From a virus: 64,000 nt of DNA. The notes beneath the pieces were generated by a model that was given only the letters and a program-made list of their open reading frames with translations, ran no database searches and was not told the DNA's origin. The DNA is taken from positions 32,001 through 96,000 of the IMG/VR virus record IMGVR_UViG_3300021197_001653; one strand, given 5' to 3'. This document shows, in pieces, positions 40,945 to 51,350 of this stretch. The translations under genes and the position numbers were made by a program. Position 1 is the stretch's first letter; the number at the start of each line of letters is the position of its first letter.

Positions 40945-42923
40945 TATATTATAGTTCTATTATTATAGTTTTCAACAAATATATTAATTGCTGTTTGTGA
41001 GCGAGCATGTGAAGTAGACCATGTTAATATATTATCTAAAGTCCTTGTAGCTTCTCTTGAAATAGGTCTATTTAAAGTGAATCTATATATACCACCATTG
41101 TTTTCTAACTCATATTCATTTTCCCCTCCACGTACAGAACGTAATATAATTCTTCTTCTAGTAGCTCGAGTTGAAGTATTTGTTGGTTCACGCCTACTAG
41201 TTCCATAACCACGCGCAGTACCTCTTAGCATTCGTTGCACCGCTGATGGGTTTTCTGCACCAAATGATTCAAAAGTAAAACTTGGAGGTTCACCTACTAA
41301 ATCATTTATAACACCTTTTTTTTTAATATAATCATTATTTATACCTTTTAAAGTTTTAAGTTCATCCTTAGTATATAATCCCTTATTAATATAAGGTTTT
41401 ACTTTTTGTAATGAGCTATTACCCCATGGTATACGAGATTTATATTTAAAATCATTTTCTTCAGCTATTAAATCTCCAGAAGCTGTTTTTCTAAAAAAAT
41501 ATTTTTTTCTTATATCCATGTAATTAGTAATATCTCTATATAGACCAGAGCCACCATTTATATTATAAACATTACTAATAATATCATGTAATGATAATGT
41601 TGTAAATGTTTGAGGGGTTGTTAATATATCTGTTTGATGTTTAATTGTAAAATTAACAATACCTGCACAAATATACATATAGTTCATTACTTTATTTATA
41701 TCAGTAGTAGGTGTATGAATTCTAAATTCAACAGTTTGTTTATTACCAAATAATAAAGGTATTAAATTAACCCAATAATACCTACTTCTAATATTCCATT
41801 TACTTCTTCCTTCTGGGTCAGATGGGTGAGAATGAACATTTTTTAATTGAGAATCTACATCTGAATAATTTTGACCCATAGATAAATATTTATATAAAAT
41901 GGAAAAATTTTTACGTATATCATCTACGTTATCCATTATTGGGTCCATTAATAAAATTGTAGATTTAACATCTAAAGGTTTAGTATAATGTTTTCTTTTT
42001 ATACCATAGTTATATTTTTTATGTAAAGGAAACATTTCAAAAATATTATCCTGTAAAATATATAACATTTTATATAATGCTAAAAAGAATTTTTCTGTTC
42101 TAGGTATATTACCTAAATGTAAATGAAGAGAACAATTATTATCATACTCTGTTTTATTATTTAATTCTTCTACACAATCTATAACGGTTTGTAAACCTTT
42201 ATTACCTTGTAATGGTATTGTAACATACTCTAAACCTCTAATACTCCCATCTCTTAAAGGTATTAAACCTAAATTATTAGTTATAGATGGTGATATAGTA
42301 CCACGCACTGTTTCAAATTCTAAACCAAAAGTTAAATCCCCTATTAAAGGACCATACTTACTAACATTATTAGTTATAGTAGGTTTATAATTTTGTTTAT
42401 ACATTTTAATATAATCAGTCATTATATTTCGTGAATCATAACTTAATCCACGTTTATAATCTTGATTACACTCTCCAATTTTGTAAAATTGAATAGAATC
42501 TACTTTGTTTCTATCATAATACATATTGTCATACATACTTATCATAAATCTTGTATTACTTTTCAGTAAATCATCATTTACAATATTATATGTATTTCCG
42601 TCATATCTAACTCTAGTATCATAATTGTTGCTATCCAACAAAGAAAAAGAACCTAAAATAGGCTCTTGTTCTTCATTAAATGCTACAATACCTTTGATAA
42701 CATAAACGTTAGCGCTAATAACATATCTTTTTACACTATGATCATATACTAAACGACCACTATTTAATCTAATATGTTTATTTTCTTCTGGTATTAAATA
42801 GCAATCTCCAGAATTTTCAATTGTAATATCCCCTATTAAATAATAAAGATCTTTTACTTTTTTACATTCTTTTTTACTAACTTCTTTACCAGAAACTGTT
42901 GTTACTAATTTTTTCATTATCAT
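40944..42923 (-). CDS. Amidoligase (COOH-NH2 ligase, Amidoligase_2-like)
   Basis: FGLEFE, DGSI..LEYV, CSLHLH, RY..VN and TVEFR motifs. Confidence 0.85.
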   Translation of the reverse strand: MIMKKLVTTVSGKEVSKKECKKVKDLYYLIGDITIENSGDCYLIPEENKHIRLNSGRLVYDHSVKRYVISANVYVIKGIVAFNEEQEPILGSFSLLDSNNYDTRVRYDGNTYNIVNDDLLKSNTRFMISMYDNMYYDRNKVDSIQFYKIGECNQDYKRGLSYDSRNIMTDYIKMYKQNYKPTITNNVSKYGPLIGDLTFGLEFETVRGTISPSITNNLGLIPLRDGSIRGLEYVTIPLQGNKGLQTVIDCVEELNNKTEYDNNCSLHLHLGNIPRTEKFFLALYKMLYILQDNIFEMFPLHKKYNYGIKRKHYTKPLDVKSTILLMDPIMDNVDDIRKNFSILYKYLSMGQNYSDVDSQLKNVHSHPSDPEGRSKWNIRSRYYWVNLIPLLFGNKQTVEFRIHTPTTDINKVMNYMYICAGIVNFTIKHQTDILTTPQTFTTLSLHDIISNVYNINGGSGLYRDITNYMDIRKKYFFRKTASGDLIAEENDFKYKSRIPWGNSSLQKVKPYINKGLYTKDELKTLKGINNDYIKKKGVINDLVGEPPSFTFESFGAENPSAVQRMLRGTARGYGTSRREPTNTSTRATRRRIILRSVRGGENEYELENNGGIYRFTLNRPISREATRTLDNILTWSTSHARSQTAINIFVENYNNRTII

Positions 42924-42931
42924 CTTTATAA

Positions 42932-44800
42932 CTAATCTGTTTGTTCTACTCCCATTATTTCTTGAGTCCCTATCATGAAAATATTCAATACTTCAATAGC
43001 TTTTTTAGCTTTTGGATTATCTTCAAATTTCTGTAGTTTTTCTAAATACATAGGTGTAGCTTGGAAAGATTCATTAAATATATTTTCTAATAAATTATCT
43101 AATAACTTATCCTGTTCTTTTTTAGTTTTCATTTTTTCTTCATTGACTATAGATTCCTCAACATTCTTTAATATATTACTATCTTCAAATTTAACGAGAT
43201 CAATAACTTTAGGATTCTTTTTAGTACGTTGATCATTTCCATTTTCGTCAAGAAGATCTTTACATATAGACATGTTAATACAATTACCTTTATCTATAGT
43301 ATATATTCTATCAGCACCCAATGGTGAAATAGTACCATTATATATTTCATTATTATAATATATAAGTTGTTTATTATTAGCTGCATCCATTATATCTATA
43401 TTTATAACAGGATGTTTAGCACAAGCAGATAAAGCCATAAAATCAAATTCTCTACCTATTTTTTTCATATCTAAACATGCGTAATAATCAAAAGGTGTTT
43501 TAATATGAACACCTTTATGTAAATATTGTATATAATCTCTAATACTAACATTAAAAGGATCTCCAAATAATAAAGGTATATAATCTTTTCTTATAAACTC
43601 TTTTGAAATTGCTGGAAAATTTTTCTTAGTAAACGCCTTATTAATTAATGATTTGAAATACTGTTCAGAAGCAGTATAATCATCACCTAATTTATAGAAT
43701 CCATAACCTTTAATATAAATAAACATACCATCAAGAAGAGTACCATTTCTTCTATACCGAAAGTTTTTAAAGACACTACGTTCTTTAATATCTCCAGATT
43801 TAAATACAGGTTTTTCTTTATGTATGTTAGATTCATTTTTAATCTTAACACTTGAATTTTGAGAGTTTATTTCACTGTCTAAATTCATTTGGTGTTGTGT
43901 TCCAGCAGCCTCCATAAGCCTATTATTATGATGATTACAATTACGAGGACGCGCATTTCTCCCATAGTTAGTATGTGATCTAGTATTGGGATTAGAGGCA
44001 TGATTTTGCCAACGCTCCTCTCTTTTAATAACAGACGTTGTTGTCTTTTTTATAGTACCGTTTACAACTTTATAAACTCTATTATGAGGAACTGTTTCAA
44101 TATCTTTTTCTATACCACCTATAGTTATTAAACTATCTTTTATTGATGAAATATACATACTGTGTTTATTCTCTTTCCAAATAAATAATGGTCTTTCTTC
44201 AAAAACACCGTCCTGTGTATAATTTTTTAATAATGATGCTCCGTGATACATATATAATGCATTAGGTTCATTAGTGTTAGTAAACATTAAAGCAGCAGCA
44301 CCATTATAATCATTTAATGGTTCAAATCCTTTACTTTTATAAATACATTCTAATAATAATTCACTATCAATTTTCTCCCTTGTACTATGAACAGTAGTAT
44401 GTTTATTTTCAACAACTGTTGGTGCACGCAATTCAACTTTATATTTAGGGGCTAATTCTTTATGATTTAATAATGTTCCATTGTGAACACCAATAAATTC
44501 ATAACCTTCTTTTCCCCCACCAAAGCCAAAAGGATGAGCATTATCTTCGCTTTTACTACCAACACTACTTGCTCTTGTGTGCCCTATTACAACAGGATAT
44601 TTTTCAGGTAAAGGATAACCTTTATTTACTACAAAATCTCTATATACTTTGTTTGCATAAGCACCTATATAAACCTCACCGTCAACAGTAACCCCACAAG
44701 AGTCAGTTCCACGCTTTTCATTTAATACACCTAGCATATCAAATTTCATTTTATTAAACTTTTTAGGGTCTTTACCAGCCCATCCGAATATTCCACACAT
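42932..44800 (-). CDS. Class II (Ntn) glutamine amidotransferase with long C-terminal extension
   Basis: MCGIFG, RGTDS.G, GHTRA, NAHPF, HNG and DSE motifs. Confidence 0.9.
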   Translation of the reverse strand: MCGIFGWAGKDPKKFNKMKFDMLGVLNEKRGTDSCGVTVDGEVYIGAYANKVYRDFVVNKGYPLPEKYPVVIGHTRASSVGSKSEDNAHPFGFGGGKEGYEFIGVHNGTLLNHKELAPKYKVELRAPTVVENKHTTVHSTREKIDSELLLECIYKSKGFEPLNDYNGAAALMFTNTNEPNALYMYHGASLLKNYTQDGVFEERPLFIWKENKHSMYISSIKDSLITIGGIEKDIETVPHNRVYKVVNGTIKKTTTSVIKREERWQNHASNPNTRSHTNYGRNARPRNCNHHNNRLMEAAGTQHQMNLDSEINSQNSSVKIKNESNIHKEKPVFKSGDIKERSVFKNFRYRRNGTLLDGMFIYIKGYGFYKLGDDYTASEQYFKSLINKAFTKKNFPAISKEFIRKDYIPLLFGDPFNVSIRDYIQYLHKGVHIKTPFDYYACLDMKKIGREFDFMALSACAKHPVINIDIMDAANNKQLIYYNNEIYNGTISPLGADRIYTIDKGNCINMSICKDLLDENGNDQRTKKNPKVIDLVKFEDSNILKNVEESIVNEEKMKTKKEQDKLLDNLLENIFNESFQATPMYLEKLQKFEDNPKAKKAIEVLNIFMIGTQEIMGVEQTD

Positions 44801-44807
44801 GTTTTAA

Positions 44808-45620
44808 TTATTTATTTATTAAACTTTCTTTTTTGATAATTTCTATTTCTTTTAATAACGATATAGATTCTTCTTTATCATTATTATCAATACAATTTTT
44901 TATTCTACTTTCCAATCTAGACAGTATACTGTTTACAGTACCTGAATTAACTAATTCAATAGCTTCCATTGTTTTATCAAAGGCCCATTTCATTAACTCG
45001 TCACTACCAATCCAGAAATTAGATAATGTTCTATATTCAACACCATATTCTTTTATTCTGAAACAACCAGCTTTACCATACATTTCTCTACGCCTATCAT
45101 CAGGATCTAATGTGATAGATTCTAAACCTAAAGTCATGTCCATAGCATATATGATTTTCTCACTAATTTCTAAGTCTGGGTTTTCAAATCCAATATGGAT
45201 ATGACCACCCGCAGTTCTTAAACTACTTTTAGGAGAAGGCGGGTTATTAGGCTCTTTCAAATATACATTAAAATCTGGGTCACATCCAAACATTTTTGCT
45301 TGTTTTGTATTTAAATACTTTTTATCAAGCTCATTAGATGCTGATATATCTAATGTACAGTCAAATTGCTTTGCATGTAATGTAAGATAATCTAACACAT
45401 AATTAATGTTATCTGTAAATTCTAAACGAGTCGCAGAAGGTGGTATATTAAACTCAACCATTACATTATCTTCTTGAACAGCATGTCCATCTACACTAAT
45501 TGATTTAGGGGTATGTTTAGTACCTCCTATTAATCCTTCAGCAGAGATAATTTCATCACCTCGTTTTAAGAATATTTCTGGGTCACAACCTAATGTAACT
45601 TTGTTTACTAATTTTTTCAT
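44808..45620 (-). CDS. phiEco32-like COOH-NH2 ligase type 2
   Basis: GCDPE, QEDNV..EFN, FGCDPD, R.AGGHIHIG, YG.AG.FR and GVEYRTLSNFW motifs. Confidence 0.9.
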   Translation of the reverse strand: MKKLVNKVTLGCDPEIFLKRGDEIISAEGLIGGTKHTPKSISVDGHAVQEDNVMVEFNIPPSATRLEFTDNINYVLDYLTLHAKQFDCTLDISASNELDKKYLNTKQAKMFGCDPDFNVYLKEPNNPPSPKSSLRTAGGHIHIGFENPDLEISEKIIYAMDMTLGLESITLDPDDRRREMYGKAGCFRIKEYGVEYRTLSNFWIGSDELMKWAFDKTMEAIELVNSGTVNSILSRLESRIKNCIDNNDKEESISLLKEIEIIKKESLINK

Positions 45621-45651
45621 TTTTTTTGTGAAATTTTTGTGAAAATTTTTA

Positions 45652-46374
45652 CTATAATAAATATGATTGTAACAATTTAGTTATAAATGTTACTGTTTCC
45701 TCTGGGCAATCATCATGTTCTGGATGACCCTGTATACACATTTGTCCTCTGCTAAATAATATTATTTCAGGTTCTAAAAATCCATGTGGTAATTTAACAT
45801 CTTTATTTGCACCATTTAAATAAACATTACTGTTAAAAACTTTAGACCATGCTAATAAATCCCAATTACTAGAAGGTACATTAAAAGGAAACATCATTTG
45901 ATGATGCGTTGATGATATCTCAAAATTTGCAATAATATGACTTTCTAACTTAGAACTTATTAAATGTTTTTTTTTATGATTTTCAACATGTTGAATTAAT
46001 TTACCACCATTCATAACTGTTATAAATTGAGCACCTCTACAAATACCTAACATTCTAACACCTGAACCATTAAAAGAATGATATATTCTTTCTTCTTTTT
46101 TATCTCTATTAATATCAGTAACAGTATGAGCACCTTGTTGTTCTCCATATAATTTAGGGTTTACATCAGCACCCCCTGTAAAAACAATAAGATTAAATGC
46201 TCTATAAGGCATACCATCACTTGCTTTTTCTTCTGCTATATATTCAGAAAATGTAGTAACTCTAGTAATTTTATAAATTTTATTTAAAAAATCTATATAT
46301 GCTTTTGATTCACCATCACTAATTAGAATTTTAATTGATTTTTTTTTTCTTGTGATTATTTCTTTCTTACTCAT
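45652..46374 (-). CDS. Class I glutamine amidotransferase (peptidase C26-like)
   Basis: TGGADV.P..Y, GICRG.Q, HHQ and QGHPE motifs. Confidence 0.88.
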   Translation of the reverse strand: MSKKEIITRKKKSIKILISDGESKAYIDFLNKIYKITRVTTFSEYIAEEKASDGMPYRAFNLIVFTGGADVNPKLYGEQQGAHTVTDINRDKKEERIYHSFNGSGVRMLGICRGAQFITVMNGGKLIQHVENHKKKHLISSKLESHIIANFEISSTHHQMMFPFNVPSSNWDLLAWSKVFNSNVYLNGANKDVKLPHGFLEPEIILFSRGQMCIQGHPEHDDCPEETVTFITKLLQSYLL

Positions 46375-47224
46375 TATTAAACTTTTTTAACAACATTTTT
46401 GGAATCTCTTCAATATATTTTTGTTTAGTTACATCACCAAATGAAGGCGCTGAATTAATTTCAACAATAATAAATTGAGGATCACTACGTAAATTCCCTT
46501 CTTTATTTCTAGAGCCCTGGATTCTTAAATCTACAGCTCCAAAATCTAAACCTACAGAGTTTAATGCTTTTACTGATTCTTTTACAACTGTTTTCCAATT
46601 AGTTGGTCTATCAAAATCAGAGTTACTTTCTAAAATCCAAACAGAATTAGAATCATTTCTAAACCATTTAGCATTTTCAGGAGTATCCTTTTTCATCATT
46701 TTTCTACAAGTATAAAAACAACCGTCTTTATTTACATGCAATCTATATTCTCTGTTATAATTATGAAATTTTTCAAAAACATAATTTGTTAACGTTTTAC
46801 CTTTACTCCAATTTTCTAAAGATTCAAGGTTATCGTGTTTTATATTACCTCGTCCTCTACTTCCAAAATTACTTTTTGAAATTATTGGAAAAGGTGTTTT
46901 ATCAGTACCTACTTGTGATTGTAACTCTTGTACAATTTGAGTAATATTATTACCCCTTGTCCATATTGCAGTTACAACTTTATTATCTTTGAAACATTCT
47001 TTCATTAATAATTTACTACTACTATTTTTAATAGCAGTTACGGTATTTAACTCTACTCTTTTACCACCATTATTGATGGTATCAGGTATTTTAGTAGTTG
47101 AACCGAATCTAACTACTGATTTAAAAGGTAATAAGGGCAACTGTTTACCATTTTTACTTCTTAAATCTGAGTGAGAAGGGTGTCTACTTCTAATTTGTGG
47201 TCTAAATGCTGTTATTTTTTGCAT
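46367..47224 (-). CDS. ATP-grasp ligase
   Basis: K..FGSRGRG, EYRLH, LDFGAVD and EINSAPS motifs. Confidence 0.88.
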   Translation of the reverse strand: MQKITAFRPQIRSRHPSHSDLRSKNGKQLPLLPFKSVVRFGSTTKIPDTINNGGKRVELNTVTAIKNSSSKLLMKECFKDNKVVTAIWTRGNNITQIVQELQSQVGTDKTPFPIISKSNFGSRGRGNIKHDNLESLENWSKGKTLTNYVFEKFHNYNREYRLHVNKDGCFYTCRKMMKKDTPENAKWFRNDSNSVWILESNSDFDRPTNWKTVVKESVKALNSVGLDFGAVDLRIQGSRNKEGNLRSDPQFIIVEINSAPSFGDVTKQKYIEEIPKMLLKKFNNE

Positions 47225-47229
47225 GATAG

Positions 47230-47631
47230 TTATATATAATTTTTAATTCCTGTTCTTAATGAATGTTCTTTCCAATCTCCATAAATTAATTTTTTAAGTT
47301 TTGAAGTATTTTTATTATACACATATACTAATGTTCTACCAAAAGGTGTTTGTATAATTTTTCTATTGAATGTATTTTTATCAAGGTCTTTTTTACTAAT
47401 GCAACCTTTTTGTGCATTTATAACCTGTTTTATAATTGAAGGTTTAACTTCATATACATCCATCACAATAGATGTTCTTCCATCTAATGTTATAGCTGGT
47501 TCATCTGATTTTAATTTAAACATAGAAAATTCAGGTTCAGTAGTATAACTACCAATATGTTTAGATTCCCCTAATTCTTTATTTAATTTTAATCCTTTCA
47601 TAAAAGGACCATAAAAAGCTATTTTTGTCAT
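47230..47631 (-). CDS. Second GGCT-fold protein, probably degenerate
   Basis: FYG.FMKG, DVYEV and VYVYN present; the D.LEG catalytic motif is absent. Confidence 0.6.
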   Translation of the reverse strand: MTKIAFYGPFMKGLKLNKELGESKHIGSYTTEPEFSMFKLKSDEPAITLDGRTSIVMDVYEVKPSIIKQVINAQKGCISKKDLDKNTFNRKIIQTPFGRTLVYVYNKNTSKLKKLIYGDWKEHSLRTGIKNYI

Positions 47632-47637
47632 TTTTTT

Positions 47638-48666
47638 CTAAAGAGACATGTTTATAACATTATCCCATAATTTTTTTGATTCGTATATACCATTTTTTTT
47701 TATTAGATCACTAAAATCTTTACACTTATATTGTGAAGGTATTTCTACCTGATAAAAACCAAATTCTATAGCTAATTCTTTTCCAAATTTTCTACCCCAA
47801 TTTATTTCTTTATCATAATCATTATCATAAAATATTAAAATTTCATCAAATCTTGATTTTAGTTCTGTAATAATTTGTTTTTTGGGTTTTACACCCTCTG
47901 CTTGTAATGATATAGCTGGTATCCCCAACACTTCATTTATAGCCATTACATCTTTTAATGATTTAGTAATTATTAATTGACTACCTTTTTTAGGTAATTG
48001 TGCCCAACCTTGCCATACAGAACTATCATGGTTATTTAACCATTTATAATTTTTACTAAAAGGTTGATAAATTTTATATGTAGGTTTTCCATCTTTATAT
48101 TCTGGAAAACAATACGCATGTTTAGATGCTAGTATTGGTTTACCATTTATAAAAATATAAGATATTTTTTCTACATTATATTTAATTAAAGTTTTTTTTG
48201 ATATTCCAAAATTGTACCAGTATACATAATCTTTTAATGTAAACCCTGTTGTTTTTCTACCAATTTTGAAACTTTTAGCTGTATCTAATAAATCATCTCT
48301 GTTTTCTTTGTCAATTAAGGATATATCTCTAACAGTTTTTTTATTAATATTTCTTACAATAAATTTATGATCTATACCAAAATCTATAGCAATTTTACTC
48401 ATTGCATCAAAAAAACTTAATCCAAATTTAATTTGTACAAATTTAATACAATCCCCACCACCTAATCTAAAATCATTAAAGCATACTTCACCATGTCTAC
48501 TTAAAAAGTATCCAAAAGAAGGTTTCTTATCATCTAATAGAGGTGATTTTAATGCTGTATTTAATATAACATCCTTTTTTGAATAAAGTTTATATATATC
48601 AATATCAGAAATTTCTTTTAATAAACCATCTTTGCTTACATATGTAGCATTTAAATTTATTGTCAT
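47638..48666 (-). CDS. DNA primase (crAss-type TOPRIM); start probably 48666
   Basis: PSF..F.DF..GGD, KIYQP, ITKSLKDV, YDND and KDFSD motifs. Confidence 0.88.
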   Translation of the reverse strand: MTINLNATYVSKDGLLKEISDIDIYKLYSKKDVILNTALKSPLLDDKKPSFGYFLSRHGEVCFNDFRLGGGDCIKFVQIKFGLSFFDAMSKIAIDFGIDHKFIVRNINKKTVRDISLIDKENRDDLLDTAKSFKIGRKTTGFTLKDYVYWYNFGISKKTLIKYNVEKISYIFINGKPILASKHAYCFPEYKDGKPTYKIYQPFSKNYKWLNNHDSSVWQGWAQLPKKGSQLIITKSLKDVMAINEVLGIPAISLQAEGVKPKKQIITELKSRFDEILIFYDNDYDKEINWGRKFGKELAIEFGFYQVEIPSQYKCKDFSDLIKKNGIYESKKLWDNVINMSL

Positions 48667-48682
48667 AATATTATTTTTTAAT

Positions 48683-48711
48683 AAAAAAACAGGGGAATAA
48701 TCCCCTGTCTT
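48683..48711 (-). terminator. Rho-independent terminator after ssb
   Basis: ACAGGGGA / TCCCCTGT stem with a U-tract on the - strand. Confidence 0.7.
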
Positions 48712-48722
48712 ATTAATTATTA

Positions 48723-49337
48723 TTATAGTGTTGTCCAATCAGTAGTTGTACCAGCAGCGGTTGGACTTGTTATATCCATTCCTGAAGCAGGTAAACTATC
48801 ATCATCTGCAACAACTCTAATCATTAAATCATTAGCACCTTCCCTTAATTTAGTAGAACCGTCTTCACTAGCTCGTTCAATAAAGTTAAAATATCTAAGA
48901 TTTAAATAACCTTTTTTACTTGGATAATCTTTAGTTCCATAAGTAACAAATACGTTAAATTTGGAATCACCAGCATTATCACCAATTATTTTAAAAAGTA
49001 TATCGACAATACTTTTTGGAGTCATCCCAGCTGTATCAGGGTATTTGTATGTAGGTCCTACTACAGCTCGTGCTATATGTAAAACCCTACTTATTTCCCT
49101 TTTTGCAGCTACTTTAACTTGCTCCTCAGTTTGTCCATCTCTTTTTGTTGGATAATTAAACCAACCTGTTAATAATCCACCATCATTATCTTTTACAATT
49201 AATTTATAAGGTGAATTTGTTTCTGGCTCACCAGGTTTTCTAACATCAACTGATATAGTGACATTTTTTGCTACCCCTGCTGCTCCGTTATTAAAAATTG
49301 TAGTTTCCTTGAAATCTTTCCCATTTAAATCAAACAT
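48723..49337 (-). CDS. Putative single-stranded DNA-binding protein
   Basis: Position between the AAA ATPase and primase as in crAss-like phages; acidic low-complexity tail with a near-terminal Trp. Confidence 0.55.
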   Translation of the reverse strand: MFDLNGKDFKETTIFNNGAAGVAKNVTISVDVRKPGEPETNSPYKLIVKDNDGGLLTGWFNYPTKRDGQTEEQVKVAAKREISRVLHIARAVVGPTYKYPDTAGMTPKSIVDILFKIIGDNAGDSKFNVFVTYGTKDYPSKKGYLNLRYFNFIERASEDGSTKLREGANDLMIRVVADDDSLPASGMDITSPTAAGTTTDWTTL

Positions 49338-49414
49338 CCGTCATCATTCCGTCCATAAACCATCCTCGTTTTAATTCTTCCTACTTTATATATCCTATAA
49401 ATTCTTTATAGTGA

Positions 49415-50173
49415 TTATATAAATATTTTTGACCAATCTACTGTAATCTTACCTGATTGATCAGATTCTGCAACCACTAACTCTTTATCTTTTAAATGTT
49501 CACTTCTTGAACCTGATAATAAGTTTTGTGATGCTGCAAAATTAATTATTGTTTTATTCTCTTTTCTATAGAGATACCCAACACTGTCTACTTTTGAACA
49601 AAGAATTGAAGACATTCTACCTGTTAAGGCTAAACCTCTTTCATTCATTTCTTTGCCATTTTCTTCAACTAATTTATCTTTAACATGACCCATTATTAAT
49701 AATGTATCACATATTGATTCTAAATCATTTATTGTTTGGGATAAAGCTAGTCTAGTATATCTATAACCTGCACCGTTAGGTAAATCTGTTACATCTAGAC
49801 CTTTCCAATTTCGTCCCATTGTTGTATCTCTATACATCTTATTAGCTAATGGTAATACTATATCTTCTAATGCTGTTACTGTATCTATTGCTATGTATTT
49901 ATAAACATAACCTTTTTTTTTCATGTTAGCATCGTTAATACTATTAATTAACTTTTTTAATGTAATAATAGGTAAACATTTGTCTATATTAGATTGATGA
50001 ATCACATCATATTTTAAGGCATCAACAAAGTTGGTTCCTTCTTCTAAATCTATAATAAGACAATTGTCTAATCCTGCTAAAGCCGTAGTCTTACCCATTT
50101 TAGGTTGACTAAAGATAATCATACTTTTAGGATTAACTCTATTAGCTTTAATTTTTACTTGTGGTAATTCCAT
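49415..50173 (-). CDS. AAA_24 / Sak4-like ATPase
   Basis: QPKMGKTT, IDLE.G, AIDT and GH motifs. Confidence 0.8.
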   Translation of the reverse strand: MELPQVKIKANRVNPKSMIIFSQPKMGKTTALAGLDNCLIIDLEEGTNFVDALKYDVIHQSNIDKCLPIITLKKLINSINDANMKKKGYVYKYIAIDTVTALEDIVLPLANKMYRDTTMGRNWKGLDVTDLPNGAGYRYTRLALSQTINDLESICDTLLIMGHVKDKLVEENGKEMNERGLALTGRMSSILCSKVDSVGYLYRKENKTIINFAASQNLLSGSRSEHLKDKELVVAESDQSGKITVDWSKIFI

Positions 50174-50208
50174 CTACATCATCATCCGTCCATCTCCATC
50201 CACTATTT

Positions 50209-50676
50209 TTATGTGGTTATAAATTCAGAGTATCTTATATTACAATTAACAAAACCTTGACCTTTAAAAGTACGACTAGGTCTAGTTGTAATTATATCTT
50301 TAAATCCAAATGAATAAAAGTTTTCACCATGAAAATTATCTTTCCTTATGTTTGGGCAATATATAAAACTTAATGATCTATTTTTAGTTTTTAATGTATC
50401 TTCCAATTCAATAATTTTAGTAAATATGGTATTTATTTTTGTTTCTGGATAATAGAATTTAACTAGTTTAATTATATCATCTAGTGAACGATATCTTCTT
50501 GCACCACAATGTCTACCTCCTCTAGTGTATACTGTTGTATTCTCACCTGTGGTAAATATTGTTTCTTTTATAATCTGTTCAATACTAGATACTTCAATAT
50601 CTCTAAATTTAATTTTCCTACATTGAGAGTAATATTGTTCAACATCCTCTCGTGTTATTACTTCTCTTTTTGTCAT
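50209..50676 (-). CDS. Hypothetical protein, probable paralogue of intron ORFs 60095 and 62194
   Basis: Shared C...R.RS..D/E and C..I.K..F motifs. Confidence 0.55.
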   Translation of the reverse strand: MTKREVITREDVEQYYSQCRKIKFRDIEVSSIEQIIKETIFTTGENTTVYTRGGRHCGARRYRSLDDIIKLVKFYYPETKINTIFTKIIELEDTLKTKNRSLSFIYCPNIRKDNFHGENFYSFGFKDIITTRPSRTFKGQGFVNCNIRYSEFITT

Positions 50677-50696
50677 TTTTTTATAATATGATTAAA

Positions 50697-50831
50697 TTAT
50701 ACAAATAACCATTTCTTTTTATTTTTATTAGTAAAACGTGTTACTTTACGTTTTTTTTTACTATATATTTTTCTCTTTATCAATCCAATTGTTGTAATAT
50801 GTAAATATAGTTGTCTTCTTGTGTTACTCAT
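50697..50831 (-). CDS. Small basic 44-aa ORF not in the track
   Basis: ATG to TAA, fills the gap, preceded by an A-rich leader. Confidence 0.3.
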   Translation of the reverse strand: MSNTRRQLYLHITTIGLIKRKIYSKKKRKVTRFTNKNKKKWLFV

Positions 50832-50850
50832 TTTTGTGAAATTTTTACGT

Positions 50851-51174
50851 TTATATTAATGTTGATAAATAAGCTCCTAGCACAAACCCAATTGTACTAG
50901 GTATAGGAAAAATATAATTCTTTCCTAAATTACTTACATATTTATTTCTATTTAGTATTCTGCTTTCTACTTGTTTGTATACAAAATACATACCTGATAA
51001 TTTTAAAGCATTAGACATACTAATATCTTTTAAAAATAAAGCTACAAATGCAATTACAATACCACTAGTAACCCCAAATAAGAAGTTTACTATAACATGT
51101 TGTAATATTTCTGTCCAAGATACATCTTTAGCATCTAAAACATTTCTCTTTTTACTTAAAAATTTATTTTTCAT
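50851..51174 (-). CDS. Membrane protein
   Basis: Two to three hydrophobic helices. Confidence 0.55.
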   Translation of the reverse strand: MKNKFLSKKRNVLDAKDVSWTEILQHVIVNFLFGVTSGIVIAFVALFLKDISMSNALKLSGMYFVYKQVESRILNRNKYVSNLGKNYIFPIPSTIGFVLGAYLSTLI

Positions 51175-51350
51175 TATAATTTTTTATATTTTCCTATTGG
51201 GAATATTTTTCTAAAATGTTTTTTGTGCATAGGATTAAACGATATTATAGGATGACCTTCTGCCATCCCTATCCAATTAGGAAACATCATTATAATCACT
51301 ATAGGATTACCTTTATATTTATCATATAATTTTCTATTTAATATTGTCAT
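51174..51350 (-). CDS. Small hypothetical protein (start probably 51350, MTILNRK)
   Basis: ATG overlaps the upstream TAA. Confidence 0.4.
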   Translation of the reverse strand: MTILNRKLYDKYKGNPIVIIMMFPNWIGMAEGHPIISFNPMHKKHFRKIFPIGKYKKL

